From positions 20,868 to 84,867 of the forward strand of contig NZ_JBHFNU010000005.1 in assembly GCF_041929145.1 (NCBI RefSeq): DNA of 64,000 nt, in the 5' to 3' direction. A program made the position numbers and the translations under genes. Below the pieces are notes generated by a model that saw only the letters and a list, made by a program, of their open reading frames with translations, searched no databases and had not been told where the DNA came from. Each line of letters opens with the position of its first letter. The first letter of the stretch is position 1. The DNA comes from Aerosakkonema sp. BLCC-F183 (GTDB lineage Bacteria; Cyanobacteriota; Cyanobacteriia; Cyanobacteriales; Aerosakkonemataceae). This document shows, one piece after another, positions 8,638-19,139 of the stretch.

Positions 8638-10884
8638 TTAATAAAATACCAAGATAGTTACAATCAGCAATGTAGTGAGAAGACCCGGCCAATAAAGCAG
8701 CTTTGGTATCAGGTTATCTTTATATTCAATGAGACGAATTTTTGAGTTCAAAGTTAACACGATCGCATCAAGCGCCACTAGCAAAATGAAAAAATAGATC
8801 GCGAAGTAGAAGTACTCCAAGTAAATAATTCCTGTCGCAGTCACTTGTTGTCTTACCGTGATTTGATCCAGAATCACAATGAAGATAAAACCCGCACAAG
8901 CTCCCACTACTTCCATGCCGCGATCGTTCGACATCAGCATGATCGAAAATAGCAAGATAGCTACTACACTTAGGGGTACAATTCTGGCAATGAAAATCCC
9001 GATAAAAGCTCTTTTGAAGATCACAGTAAAATAAAGCTCTGGATAGTTTTTCTTGCCAAAACCGCTGCCCCCAAAATTGGAATTGTATTTCTTTAATTTG
9101 TACTCGAAAAAACTACTCTCAATATTCCAATTTTCCGTGACAAAATCTTCCTCCAAACCCGGTCTGGAAACAGGGTTTATCAAATCGTATGAAGTTAAAT
9201 CCGGCACTAGAATTACAGTTCTGTTTAAATCGAGTCGATTGATATCTTTCGGCCACAACCTGAGCCAGACATCATTATAGTCGAAGGGATATTTGGAAAA
9301 ATTAAAATTTTGCCTGATTGTGCCTTCAAAGTACCAACGGAGCAGATCGGTATTGTTAGTTGTGAACTTCTCAGGATCGCCAATTTGGATATCAGACGCT
9401 TCTGGCAGGATAAAACCTCGATTCACGCTTTCCGGGATATTTTTGTTATACTTCTGCCACACGTAACCGGTGACGAATACATCATTAGTTCCGGTAAATT
9501 TGAGAGACTGAATATAAACTCCGGTGGGAATGTACAGGGGTGGATCTTGCTTCAATTCCTCTGCTATGGCATTTTGGGGAGCCAATAAATTATCTACAGT
9601 TGCCTTGTTGAGCAGAATATTCCTGCTGTTTTTATAAGCTCGCTCCGATAAAGCAATATTCCAGATAATACCAATCGCTGCCACACATAAAATACTATAG
9701 GTACACGCCACTGCCCAAAGACTTTTGACGCTGCCCCTATGAGCGCGAAAGATTAGAATTGACAGAAAAAAGACAAATAATATCAACTCTAACCAAAGTA
9801 CGATCGTTTTTCGCCGTAACGTCGTGTTGTCGCTAGAACTTTCATCCTTGATGACAACTACTCCCAGCGACCATCCATTCAGAGGTAGCGGTTCGACAAT
9901 CATCCAGGAAGATTGACCCGTTATCTCATTTTGATACTCTACAACGGTGCTTTCCCCTTTGAGGGCTTTTTCACCTAATTCTCTAATTTCTTTCTTGTCA
10001 GTTTCCGTCGCTAAGTCAAAAATCGTTTTTTGATTTTTGACGTACTCGTCAATCGGATGAGCGATAAACACACCTTTCTTGGACAGCAAAAACCCGTAGC
10101 CAGACTTACCCAGATTGAGTGTCGCCATTAGCCTTTTGAGCTTATCTATTGAATAGTTGGCATAGATGACGCCCGCAGGCTCTTCCTTTTTAGTTTTTGG
10201 GTTAGTCCGAGAAAACCTGACGTTATAATCTACTATGAGAGCCTCAGAATATTTGTCAATATAAGGTTCAGCCCAAACAAAATCATTCCGTAAAGCATTG
10301 AAATACCACTCATTTTCTGGCGCTGGTTTAGCATAGTCGTTGTTATCCTCAATTTGGTTCAGTTTAATTGTGCCATCTTTTCTACCATAGAAAGGCGCAT
10401 ACAGACGCCGCCGAGAATACACGAAAGGTTGATAAGCAGCACCAATTGCCACAAAATCTGGATTTCTTTCAATTTCCTCTCGCAGCCTGTTTGTCAGCTG
10501 CTCATCCTTTAACTTCCCCGCAGTCAAATCGTAGGCAATCCCATTAGCTGCGCCTTGGAGTTTGCGAAGTTCTTGCTCTATCTTACGACTGGCATAAACA
10601 GTTTCCTGTCTGGCATTTATTTCAGCTTTTTGGATTACCTGATTTCTCTCTTCCGAGTAAGAATAAAAGCCGTAAGATGCCAAAAATAAACTGATACCGC
10701 AAAGTATTGTCGAGCAGTCAAATATTAATTTTTGGACTTTGCGTAGCTGAGGATTCACTTGTACAGTATCATCCTCTGTTGCGATCTCCGTTGTACCTTC
10801 TGCTGCTGGCTCCTCTTCTATCTGAGCATTCAAATCTATGAGCTTTTGACTAATTATCTGAGTTTTCACTCTCTTCATCTTCAT
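8638..10884 (-). CDS. Membrane protein with a periplasmic Cache-like sensor domain and a C-terminal multi-TM (CHASE2/7TMR-like) region; no recognizable output domain
   Basis: TM, then a Cache-like block (GYGFLLSKKGVFIAHP), TM helices, a second extracytoplasmic region and 4-5 C-terminal TM helices. No HisKA, GGDEF or other transmitter seen; start overlaps the upstream heme/HAMP gene by ~35 nt. Confidence 0.5.
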   Translation of the reverse strand: MKMKRVKTQIISQKLIDLNAQIEEEPAAEGTTEIATEDDTVQVNPQLRKVQKLIFDCSTILCGISLFLASYGFYSYSEERNQVIQKAEINARQETVYASRKIEQELRKLQGAANGIAYDLTAGKLKDEQLTNRLREEIERNPDFVAIGAAYQPFVYSRRRLYAPFYGRKDGTIKLNQIEDNNDYAKPAPENEWYFNALRNDFVWAEPYIDKYSEALIVDYNVRFSRTNPKTKKEEPAGVIYANYSIDKLKRLMATLNLGKSGYGFLLSKKGVFIAHPIDEYVKNQKTIFDLATETDKKEIRELGEKALKGESTVVEYQNEITGQSSWMIVEPLPLNGWSLGVVVIKDESSSDNTTLRRKTIVLWLELILFVFFLSILIFRAHRGSVKSLWAVACTYSILCVAAIGIIWNIALSERAYKNSRNILLNKATVDNLLAPQNAIAEELKQDPPLYIPTGVYIQSLKFTGTNDVFVTGYVWQKYNKNIPESVNRGFILPEASDIQIGDPEKFTTNNTDLLRWYFEGTIRQNFNFSKYPFDYNDVWLRLWPKDINRLDLNRTVILVPDLTSYDLINPVSRPGLEEDFVTENWNIESSFFEYKLKKYNSNFGGSGFGKKNYPELYFTVIFKRAFIGIFIARIVPLSVVAILLFSIMLMSNDRGMEVVGACAGFIFIVILDQITVRQQVTATGIIYLEYFYFAIYFFILLVALDAIVLTLNSKIRLIEYKDNLIPKLLYWPGLLTTLLIVTILVFY

Positions 10885-11803
10885 TTTCGATTTCCTCTTC
10901 CGTATCTGATATTAACGATTCTTTATATTTTTCTATTTCTATTTCGTAATCCCGCTTCATGCGGTTCAAATGTGTTTTTAAATTTCCTATTTCATTTTTA
11001 GAATCAACCTCAAATTCAAGTTCTCTTTCCCCGCTAACAATCGCCTTCGTCACTCTTGTCATCTCGTCAATAGGTTCGACAATAAAGCGATTTAACAATA
11101 ATTTTATTCCTGCTATTAAGAGCGCTAACGCCAACAATATAGTACCCAAAAACTTAAAAACTAACAGCTGGGCACTACCGAAAACTGTACCGACTGGTAC
11201 AGCAATCATTTGAGCGCCGACTATTTCATTCAGCTTCCAGCCAAACCCATTTTCTTTGCCGTACTGTGCAACCATACTTGGGGGAGCTTTTTCTGGCGTA
11301 TCGTGACATTCCAAACAACTAGCTTGAGTAACTTTTGCAGGTCGCGCTACATAAAATAATTTTTTGCCCCGATCGTCTCTATAACCTTCTACTTGTTCGA
11401 GCGCTTTTTCTTTGCGAAACCGCTCGATCAGCTGCGTTTCAAAATCATCCGCCTTATCCTTAATATTTGTCGGGTTAAGTGTCGCCTCTTTGTAGAAAAA
11501 ATCTTGATATTCTGGATTTTGGCGCAATCTTTCAAATACTTCTCTGGCTGCGAAAAAAGAAACGGATTCAGGGATAAATTCTTGAGCTAATCTAGTACCA
11601 AACTTGGGCTTCACCTGTTCGTTGGTGTACCTGTGAACGGCTATCATGGTCTTCATCATTATGCCAGCTTTGGTAGTTATTTCATTTCTGGCTCTATCTC
11701 GTATGCCGTTATTGATAACTACTCCGCTCAGCACTAATGCTCCTATGACAACTACGAGTGTTAACAAAGTGAAGAGTGTTTCTAGTTTAAGATTTTTTAA
11801 CAT
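10850..11803 (-). CDS. Tll0287-like (DUF3365) c-type heme sensor domain protein with HAMP domain and acidic tail; no output domain
   Basis: N-terminal TM; CXXCH heme-binding motif (ASCLECHDTPEKAP) inside a DUF3365-like domain; second TM followed by a HAMP-like segment (IVEPIDEMTRVTKAIVSGERELEFEVDSKNEIGNLKTHLNRM); poly-Glu/Asp C-terminus. Confidence 0.55.
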   Translation of the reverse strand: MLKNLKLETLFTLLTLVVVIGALVLSGVVINNGIRDRARNEITTKAGIMMKTMIAVHRYTNEQVKPKFGTRLAQEFIPESVSFFAAREVFERLRQNPEYQDFFYKEATLNPTNIKDKADDFETQLIERFRKEKALEQVEGYRDDRGKKLFYVARPAKVTQASCLECHDTPEKAPPSMVAQYGKENGFGWKLNEIVGAQMIAVPVGTVFGSAQLLVFKFLGTILLALALLIAGIKLLLNRFIVEPIDEMTRVTKAIVSGERELEFEVDSKNEIGNLKTHLNRMKRDYEIEIEKYKESLISDTEEEIENEDEESENSDN

Positions 11804-12045
11804 TTTTTAAGATGATTTTCAATTTTTATGGATAGGTAAAAATACTACTAAATTTGAGATTAAATCGTACCAAGTAGCATAGTAATTCCAAAATATCCAA
11901 AAGTCAACCTTTGGGTAGATGAAATACTATTTTTGTTTCTGACGGGATCGAAACACAATCAGAGAATACAGGCGCTATTTGTGGCGGGGCGACGAGCGGG
12001 CGGCGAAGCCCTCCGCTACCCCGACCCAGAGCCGCCGAAAAAATA

Positions 12046-12789
12046 TCAACGGGTATCTTCCGAAGGTGGTACTGCTTGCGGACAAGTTTTGTGATTGACA
12101 TCGCAACTGAAAATATAGGTTTTCTGCCAGTTTAAAGGTATCTCCAGCAAATCCCGCGTACCTGTTAGTCCCTGTCCGATAAAAAGTAAGAGAGCAAAAC
12201 TGTTCAAAATTATATGAAAAGTTCGCCAGCGATTCGATTTATCTTTATAGATATCTTGCACAATGGCTAAAGAAAAAATCATCAGTAATGTGGCAGTAAT
12301 GCCGATGTAGTAATGAGACCAGTACCATTCATTCGTGCGACGAAAAACTCCGTCCTGACAACCGAGAAGGACTATACCCATCCCGGTTAAAGTCGCAAAA
12401 ACTCCGCGCCAGATTTTCTGCTTTGCGAGGTAGAGCAATACGAGGGCGGCGATCGTATCCAAAAACATCAGCAGGATAAAGGCAACTTGCAAAGGAGCTT
12501 TAGTCCAGGTGCGATCGCTCAAAATATGTTCGACAATATGGTAAGCTAACCCCACCAAAGTCAACCCCACAACCCAACCAGTCAGCCAGCGACCCATTTT
12601 GATGTGTTCTGGGCCAACATAGGAGGGAATTTTACTTTTGTCTTTGGCAGCAGTTTGCAAGCGACGCACGCGGGTCTGCCATGCAAAGTTTACCACTGTG
12701 CCAATCAGGGGAAAGACTAGCACGACTGCGATCGCCGGATGAATAAGAGCCAGAAAATCTTGGAATTCCATAACACACCCAGGAGTCAA
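12046..12789 (-). CDS. Integral membrane protein of unknown function (~6 TM)
   Basis: Hydrophobic segments throughout, with His-containing helices; no motif recognized. Confidence 0.5.
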   Translation of the reverse strand: MTPGCVMEFQDFLALIHPAIAVVLVFPLIGTVVNFAWQTRVRRLQTAAKDKSKIPSYVGPEHIKMGRWLTGWVVGLTLVGLAYHIVEHILSDRTWTKAPLQVAFILLMFLDTIAALVLLYLAKQKIWRGVFATLTGMGIVLLGCQDGVFRRTNEWYWSHYYIGITATLLMIFSLAIVQDIYKDKSNRWRTFHIILNSFALLLFIGQGLTGTRDLLEIPLNWQKTYIFSCDVNHKTCPQAVPPSEDTR

Positions 12790-13078
12790 AAGTCAAAAGT
12801 CATACATTCAAAAATCCTATAAGCGTCAGGCATTCAACTACTTCCGATCTGGTCGGTTACTTCTGCTGTACTGCGCTAGCCACCCAAAGTAGCATAGTTG
12901 AAAGTGGTTAACAAATAACTAATTACCAATGATTAATGGCTAACGACTAATGTAAAAATTCTTCATCTAATTATTAAGTCTCTGCATCAAACAACAACAA
13001 AATTAATGTTTTTTTTGGCATTTATGTGGGCAATCTAGAAATAGACGGGTAATTCAGCCCTAGCCGGAGCAAAATAAT

Positions 13079-14074
13079 ATGGACGCTAACGAACTACTCA
13101 GACGTTATGCAGCAGGAGAAAGAGATTTTAGTGGAGCTAATTTAATTGGAGCTAACCTAGAAAGCGCCCAACTCGTGGGAGCTAACTTTTCCGGTGCATA
13201 TCTAGCAGCAACCAACCTCAGCCGCGCACATCTAACGGGGGCAAATCTTTCCGGAGCATTTTTGCACCGCGCCGATCTAAGATTTGCGAAGCTAAACGAA
13301 GCAATATTAACAAACGCAGACTTAACAAAAGCTAATCTTCAAGGAGCCTTCATAGTTAAATCCGTGCTGACGGGAGCCAAACTGAGTGGCGCGATAATGA
13401 CAGCAGTAAACTTGCGTTTGGCAAATTTACAGGGCGTTAATCTGTGTGGCGCAGATTTGCGGGGCATTAATTTTCGTTCTGCCAATCTAGTAGATGCTAA
13501 CTTAAATTGGGCTAACCTCACGGGAGCCAGATTGAGCGGAGCCCAGTTGCGGGGAGCATTACTCAACGGCATCAAACTCAGTAAAGCTTTCCTCAATGGT
13601 GTAGACCTCAATAGCGTAGACTTGGATGGAGTCAATCTCAGCGAATCGAAACTGAGCGGAGCTAACCTCAGCGGAGCCAACCTTTCTGCAACTAACTTCA
13701 GCAATGCCCAGCTGCGCGTATCGATATTGGCCAGGACAAACCTTCACGCATCCAACCTCAGCGGTGCAAACCTTACCAAAGCCGACTTATGCGAAGCAAA
13801 TTTAAGTAAGGCAGACCTCTCATCCGCCGATATGAGCAAGGCAGATTTAACAGGCGCTAATCTAAATATGGCCGATCTCAGCGATGCCGACTTGAGCAAT
13901 GCCTGTTTGCGACAAGCTTACCTCTGGGGAGCTAACTTTAATGTGGCAGCAATGCGCGGCGCGGATTTGACTGGAGCTAGCTTGCGCGGAGCGTACATCG
14001 AAGGCACAGAAGCACACTGGCCGCAGGCAATTCTGACAGGAGCGACTATGCCTGATGGCAGTCGCCACAACTAA
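13079..14074 (+). CDS. Pentapeptide-repeat protein, paralog 2
   Basis: 331 aa, ~80% identical to 7539..8528, including a similar 5' leader (CAATCTA(T/G)AAATAGAC). Confidence 0.9.
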   Translation: MDANELLRRYAAGERDFSGANLIGANLESAQLVGANFSGAYLAATNLSRAHLTGANLSGAFLHRADLRFAKLNEAILTNADLTKANLQGAFIVKSVLTGAKLSGAIMTAVNLRLANLQGVNLCGADLRGINFRSANLVDANLNWANLTGARLSGAQLRGALLNGIKLSKAFLNGVDLNSVDLDGVNLSESKLSGANLSGANLSATNFSNAQLRVSILARTNLHASNLSGANLTKADLCEANLSKADLSSADMSKADLTGANLNMADLSDADLSNACLRQAYLWGANFNVAAMRGADLTGASLRGAYIEGTEAHWPQAILTGATMPDGSRHN

Positions 14075-14089
14075 GTTAGGGGCTAGAAA

Positions 14090-14195
14090 AACTTAAAAGT
14101 TAAAAGTCAAAAAAAGGGACTAGGGGCTAGAGGTTAGGGATTAGGGAAGAGGGAGAGGGAAGAGGGAAAAATATTAATTCTGTCCTCTGCCCCAT
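14090..14195. repeat. Composite STRR-like repeat element, copy B
   Basis: AAAAGTTAAAAGTCAAAAAAAGGG…GGGAAGAGGGAGAGGGAAGAGGGAAAAATATTAATTCTGTCCTCTGCCCC. Confidence 0.8.
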
Positions 14196-14287
14196 ATCCA
14201 ATTGGCAAAAAATTGGCTTTTCCACCACAAGTACCGGAGAAGCCACTTATTTGTGTTGGATTCATTTGAGAATTGCTGTAGGAGCTA

Positions 14288-14306
14288 GGGTGGGTATTGC
14301 CCACCC
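14288..14306. repeat. GGGTGGGTATTGCCCACCC hairpin repeat, copy 2 of 3
   Basis: Same hairpin as at 7335 and 21731. Confidence 0.6.
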
Positions 14307-14383
14307 TACTTGCTTATGGACAATCTCGCTGCAAAATGGTAATGGCAGCCTTACTAATCATTTTTGCAGCGAAATAAATTGCT

Positions 14384-16981
14384 ATGACAAGAGCGTACAA
14401 AAAAATTATTGCTGGTGGGTTTGGCTTGGCTTTACTCCTCTTAAGCGGCGTGGGTGCAGTTTCGTATCTGAGCGTACAAAAGTTGATTGCAAATAAGCAA
14501 TTGCTCGAACATACTCGTCAAGTATTGGAAGAAATCGATAAAACTCTTGACGGTATCAAAGAGGCTGAAACATCAAGACGTGCCTACATCATCACAGGAA
14601 ACGATATTTATCTAAAAAGTTATAACGCCGATCTTGAAACAGCTAAGCGCTCTCTCAAAGTTGTCCGGGAGTTAACTGATGATAATCCTCACCAACAGCG
14701 CCGACTCGATGAATTAGAACCGATGCTCGCACAAAGACTGGCTGTGCTTCAGGTATCGATCGATTTAGTTAAGCAGAAAAAATCGAACCAGAAAAATCAA
14801 ATTATCCTCACCGATCGCGGCAACGCTATCCAACAAAAAGTTCGAGAAAAACTGTCTGAAATGGAACAAGAAGAACGACTTTTATTGCAGCAGCGATCGG
14901 CAGCGATAAATGACAGCGTTCGCTATACTAGCATCCTTGTGGCTATTGGCTATTTTTTGAGTTTCAGCCTGCTATTTCTCGTTTATTTTCAGCTTAAAAA
15001 GCAAATTCGAGTTAGCCAATTGGCAGAAGCAGAACTGCTAAAACGCACGCAAATGCTAGACTTTGCTAATGATACGATTATTATTTTCGATCTAGAAGAT
15101 CGCATTCAGTATTGGAATCAAGGGGCAGCACGCTTATATGGGTGGTCAAAAGAAGAAGCTGTTGGAAAAGAAATCCATGAACTTTTACAAACAGTATTTC
15201 CCAAACCTTTAGAGTCAATCAAAAATGAGTGCTTGCGCGATGTTTATTGGCAGGGAGAACTCAGACACACGCAACGAGATGGCACGCAAATTATAGTAGA
15301 GAGTCGCTGGACATCAGAGCGAGACAAACAGGGTAAGGCGGTAGCATTTCTGGAAATTAACTACGATATTACCGATCGCAAACGGGTAGAAGACGTTCTT
15401 CGGATCGGCCAAGAAAGATATGCCCTCGCCGTTAGTTCCGGACAAGTAGGAGTTTGGGACTGGAATATTCAGACTAACCAATTTTATATCGATTCCAATA
15501 TCAAAGAAGCTCTAGGATATACGGATTTAGATATTCCGAACACTTTGGAAACTTGGTATGGTTTGCTACATCCCGACGACAGAGAAAAGGCGATCGCAGC
15601 CATTAGAGAACACCTGCAAGGATTGACGCCGCAGTATGAAATGGAACATCGCCGACTCCACAAAGACGGCAGCATTCGGTGGTTTCTTTCCCGTGGTATA
15701 GCTTTTCAGGATGCCAACGATCGCGCTTTTCGCATGACGGGGACAGATACGGACATCACGGATCGCAAAACAGCAGAAATAGCTTTATCCCAACGCGAAC
15801 AAGAACTGAAAACGGTGCTAGAAAATACCCCGGATGTAATTTCTCGATTGGATCGACAAATACGATACCTTTATATTAATCCTGCCATTACAAAGGAAAC
15901 AGGAATTCCAGCTGAAGCATTCATCGGTAAAACTCTTTGGGAATTGGGTTTTCCACAAGCACTCGTAGAGCAATTGGAAGCACCCTGTCAGAAAGTTTTT
16001 GCTACAGGTGAAATGAATGTAGTAGAATTCAATTCTGCCAGCCCCAATGGATTAAAATTCTACCAAGCTCGTCTTGTGCCAGAATTCGCCCTTGATACTT
16101 CCGTAGAATCTGTGCTTATTATTACCCGCGACATCACCCAGAGGAAGCAAGCAGAGGATGCACTGCGGGAACTGAATAATGAACTGACGGAGATTAATGG
16201 TGCTTTAGAAGCTGAAATTGCCGAGCGAAAAGAAGCAGAACGAAAACTAGAACAACTAACTGCGGAATTGCAACGTTCCAATCAGGAATTAGAGCAATTT
16301 GCTTATGTAGCTTCCCACGATTTGCAAGAACCGTTGAGAGCGGTGACCGGTTACACCGAACTGCTATTGCATGACTACCAGCACCTTTTTGATGAGTCCG
16401 CACGCGAATACATGGGCTACATCATTGATGGTTCGACAAGGATGCGGCAGTTAATTCAAGACTTGCTAGCATATTCCCGTGTGGGTACTCGCGGTAAAGA
16501 GTTTGTTCCCGCTGACTGCAATGCGCTCTTGCGTGAAGCGCTCGATCGTTTGCAAGTAGCGATCGCCGAAAATAACGCTACCATTACCTATGACTCCCTG
16601 CCAACCGTTATGGCAGACAAAACTCAATTGGTGCAGTTATTTCAAAATTTGATCGGTAACGCGATCAAATTCCACCGGGAAATGCCACCCCAAGTTCGGA
16701 TTTCGGCAGAATTAACAGATAACAAATGGCTCTTCTCTGTGCGGGATAATGGAATTGGCATCAAAGACCAGTATCTCGATCGCATTTTCGAGATCTTCAA
16801 ACGTCTCCATACTCGCAGAGAATTTCCCGGTACCGGTATTGGTTTGGCTATCTGCAAAAAGATTGTCGAACGCCACGGCGGTAACATCTGGGCTGAATCT
16901 CAGCTAGGAGTAGGAACGACATTTTACTTTACCATCCCTTCTGAGTCATCCCTCCCAACAGAGATTAATTTACATGATTAG
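14384..16981 (+). CDS. CHASE3-PAS/PAC sensor histidine kinase
   Basis: N-terminal TM plus a CHASE3-like periplasmic domain, second TM, 3-4 PAS/PAC blocks (DITDRK / ITRDITQRK boundaries), H-box [16 protein letters not shown], and HATPase_c ([24 protein letters not shown]). Confidence 0.85.
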   Translation: MTRAYKKIIAGGFGLALLLLSGVGAVSYLSVQKLIANKQLLEHTRQVLEEIDKTLDGIKEAETSRRAYIITGNDIYLKSYNADLETAKRSLKVVRELTDDNPHQQRRLDELEPMLAQRLAVLQVSIDLVKQKKSNQKNQIILTDRGNAIQQKVREKLSEMEQEERLLLQQRSAAINDSVRYTSILVAIGYFLSFSLLFLVYFQLKKQIRVSQLAEAELLKRTQMLDFANDTIIIFDLEDRIQYWNQGAARLYGWSKEEAVGKEIHELLQTVFPKPLESIKNECLRDVYWQGELRHTQRDGTQIIVESRWTSERDKQGKAVAFLEINYDITDRKRVEDVLRIGQERYALAVSSGQVGVWDWNIQTNQFYIDSNIKEALGYTDLDIPNTLETWYGLLHPDDREKAIAAIREHLQGLTPQYEMEHRRLHKDGSIRWFLSRGIAFQDANDRAFRMTGTDTDITDRKTAEIALSQREQELKTVLENTPDVISRLDRQIRYLYINPAITKETGIPAEAFIGKTLWELGFPQALVEQLEAPCQKVFATGEMNVVEFNSASPNGLKFYQARLVPEFALDTSVESVLIITRDITQRKQAEDALRELNNELTEINGALEAEIAERKEAERKLEQLTAELQRSNQELEQFAYVASHDLQEPLRAVTGYTELLLHDYQHLFDESAREYMGYIIDGSTRMRQLIQDLLAYSRVGTRGKEFVPADCNALLREALDRLQVAIAENNATITYDSLPTVMADKTQLVQLFQNLIGNAIKFHREMPPQVRISAELTDNKWLFSVRDNGIGIKDQYLDRIFEIFKRLHTRREFPGTGIGLAICKKIVERHGGNIWAESQLGVGTTFYFTIPSESSLPTEINLHD

Positions 16982-17420
16982 CAGCGAACTGCTGAGACCG
17001 ATTGAAATTTTGCTGATTGAAGACTCTCCCAGCGACGCCAACCTAACTATAAAAAGGTTAAAGACAGCCAAGGTAATCAATAACTTACGTTGGGTTGAAG
17101 ATGGGGAAACAGCAATGAAATTTCTCCGACATCAAGATGAATATGCTGATGTTCCCCGTCCTGACCTGATTCTACTCGACCTTAACCTGCCAGCTATGGA
17201 TGGACGGGAAGTACTCGGCGAGATCAAATCAGACCCGCAGTTAAAACGTATACCTGTGGTAATTCTCACCACTTCAGCAGATGAACGCGATGTGTTGATA
17301 GCTTACAATTTAAACGCTAACTGCTACATTACTAAGCCGGTTGACATCCAACAGTTTTTTGATGTGATCGGCGCGATCGAAGATTTCTGGCTAGCCGCAG
17401 TGAAACTACCTCCAGAGTAA
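16974..17420 (+). CDS. Single-domain CheY-like response regulator
   Basis: [12 protein letters not shown]…[13 protein letters not shown]…KPV; 148 aa; overlaps the upstream kinase stop. Confidence 0.85.
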   Translation: MISSELLRPIEILLIEDSPSDANLTIKRLKTAKVINNLRWVEDGETAMKFLRHQDEYADVPRPDLILLDLNLPAMDGREVLGEIKSDPQLKRIPVVILTTSADERDVLIAYNLNANCYITKPVDIQQFFDVIGAIEDFWLAAVKLPPE

Positions 17421-17502
17421 TTCTAAACTAGATCGAAATTTAAGGTTAGGCAGAACTTCCGATCCGATCGTAAAAATAACCTTACACTCCTGGCGATGCT
17501 GT

Positions 17503-19041
17503 ATGAATAACAAACCCATTCATATACTTTTGGTCGAAGATAGCCCTAGCGATGCAATCTTGCTGCGCCAACTCTTTTCGCGTCTAAACAGCGGGGAGTG
17601 GGAACTGATATGGGTTGAACGACTGAGTGATGCGATCGAGTCTTGCAGCGATTTCCTGTTTGATGTAGCTTTGTTAGACCTTTCTCTACCAGATTCTGAT
17701 GGATTGGAGACGGTAGCAGAATTTAACGCATCTGCACCAGATATCCCCATTGTAGTGCTGACGGGAGCTGACGATGAGGAGATGGGCTTGCAAGCGGTGG
17801 CAAAAGGAGCGCAAGATTATATTGTCAAAGACCAAATCACAGTTCAATTGCTAGTTAGGGCGATCCGCTATGCGATCGAACGCGGACAAATCCTCAAGCA
17901 ACTCCATGATAGCGAACGGCGTTTTCGGGGAATTTTTGACCAAACATTCCAACTGATGCTATTGTTAAGCCCAGAAGGAATTATTCTAGAAATTAACAAA
18001 ACATCTCTTGCTTTTTGTGGCGGCAAACAAAATGATTTTGTCGGTTCGCCGCTATGGGAGATCGACTGTTTGTATGATTCTCAGGTAACTCAGGAGTGGT
18101 TGAAAAGTGCGCTCGCCAACGCCGCTGAAGGTAATTTCGTCCGTAACGAACTCCAGATGTGCGGCGCAGAAAGTGCGATCGTCTGGATTGACTTATCGCT
18201 CAAGCCATTAAAAGATGAAAGGGGCAAAACTGTACTGCTGATTGCGGAAGGCAGGGATATTAGCGATCGCAAACGCGCTGAAGCAGAAGTACTCAAATCA
18301 TTGGAAAAAGAACGAGAACTCAATCAGCTTAAATCCAGTTTTATCTCAATGGTTTCCCACGAATTCCGCAACCCCATGACCGCAATTCGCACAGCTGCTC
18401 AAATTCTCCAAAGCTATGGCGATCGCTTGACTGAAGAACAAAAAATCAAATATTTTGACCAGATTAAGAATGCTGTCAACAATACCACTCAACTACTAGA
18501 AGAAGTCTTGCTTCTCGGTAAAACTGACGCCAACAGGCTGCAATATCAACCCGCCACTTTAGATTTAAAAGATTTTTGTCGCGAACTCATGGAAAATTTG
18601 CAATTCACCGCCACAGAACAGCACAACATTACCTTTACCTGTGCAGGAGAATGCAGCCAAGTTGAAATGGACGAATTTTTAATGGGACACATTTTTAACA
18701 ATTTAATCTCCAACGCTATTAAGTATTCTCCCCAAGGCGGCAACGTTCGGTTTAATTTAATTTGTCAAAACGGTACGGCGATTTTTCAGATTCAAGATGA
18801 AGGCATCGGCATTCCTTTAAAAGATCGACAACATTTGTTTGAAACTTTCTATCGCGGCAGCAATGTGAATCGAATTCAAGGCACGGGATTGGGACTGGCA
18901 ATTGTCAAAAAATGTGTAGATTTACACCGGGGACAAATTCAACTGCAAAGCGATGTAGGCGCTGGCACAACTTTTATTGTAACGCTGCCTTTAACTAGAT
19001 TTGCGGAAGTTCCGCGTCACATCATAGAGTGTGGCGTGTAG
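17503..19041 (+). CDS. Response-regulator receiver / PAS / histidine kinase hybrid
   Basis: N-terminal REC (LLVEDSPSDAILL…LLDLSLPDSDG), PAS, H-box ISMVSHEFRNPM, HATPase_c (DEGIGIP, GTGLGLAIVKK). Confidence 0.85.
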   Translation: MNNKPIHILLVEDSPSDAILLRQLFSRLNSGEWELIWVERLSDAIESCSDFLFDVALLDLSLPDSDGLETVAEFNASAPDIPIVVLTGADDEEMGLQAVAKGAQDYIVKDQITVQLLVRAIRYAIERGQILKQLHDSERRFRGIFDQTFQLMLLLSPEGIILEINKTSLAFCGGKQNDFVGSPLWEIDCLYDSQVTQEWLKSALANAAEGNFVRNELQMCGAESAIVWIDLSLKPLKDERGKTVLLIAEGRDISDRKRAEAEVLKSLEKERELNQLKSSFISMVSHEFRNPMTAIRTAAQILQSYGDRLTEEQKIKYFDQIKNAVNNTTQLLEEVLLLGKTDANRLQYQPATLDLKDFCRELMENLQFTATEQHNITFTCAGECSQVEMDEFLMGHIFNNLISNAIKYSPQGGNVRFNLICQNGTAIFQIQDEGIGIPLKDRQHLFETFYRGSNVNRIQGTGLGLAIVKKCVDLHRGQIQLQSDVGAGTTFIVTLPLTRFAEVPRHIIECGV

Positions 19042-19103
19042 AGAAAGCCGGTTTCTTGAAGAAACGCAGAGAAACCCGGTTTCTTGAAGAAACCGGGTTT
19101 CTG
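19042..19103. repeat. Palindromic hairpin repeat GAAACCCGGTTTC-TTGAA-GAAACCGGGTTTC with an adjacent degenerate copy
   Basis: Perfect 13-bp stem with a 5-nt loop at 19071-19101, preceded by a degenerate copy at 19042-19070; the same element occurs at 35960-35991 and as half-copies at 34906-34925. Confidence 0.75.
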
Positions 19104-19139
19104 GTCTACGCTTCATACAAAAGTACTGCGCGAAGGGCG

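Noticed and set aside
11904-12045. GC-rich segment (GGCGGGGCGACGAGCGGGCGGCGAAGCCCTCCGC) 3' of the membrane gene; possible terminator or sRNA
   Set aside because: I could not find a clean self-complementary stem, so there is no support for a specific structure.
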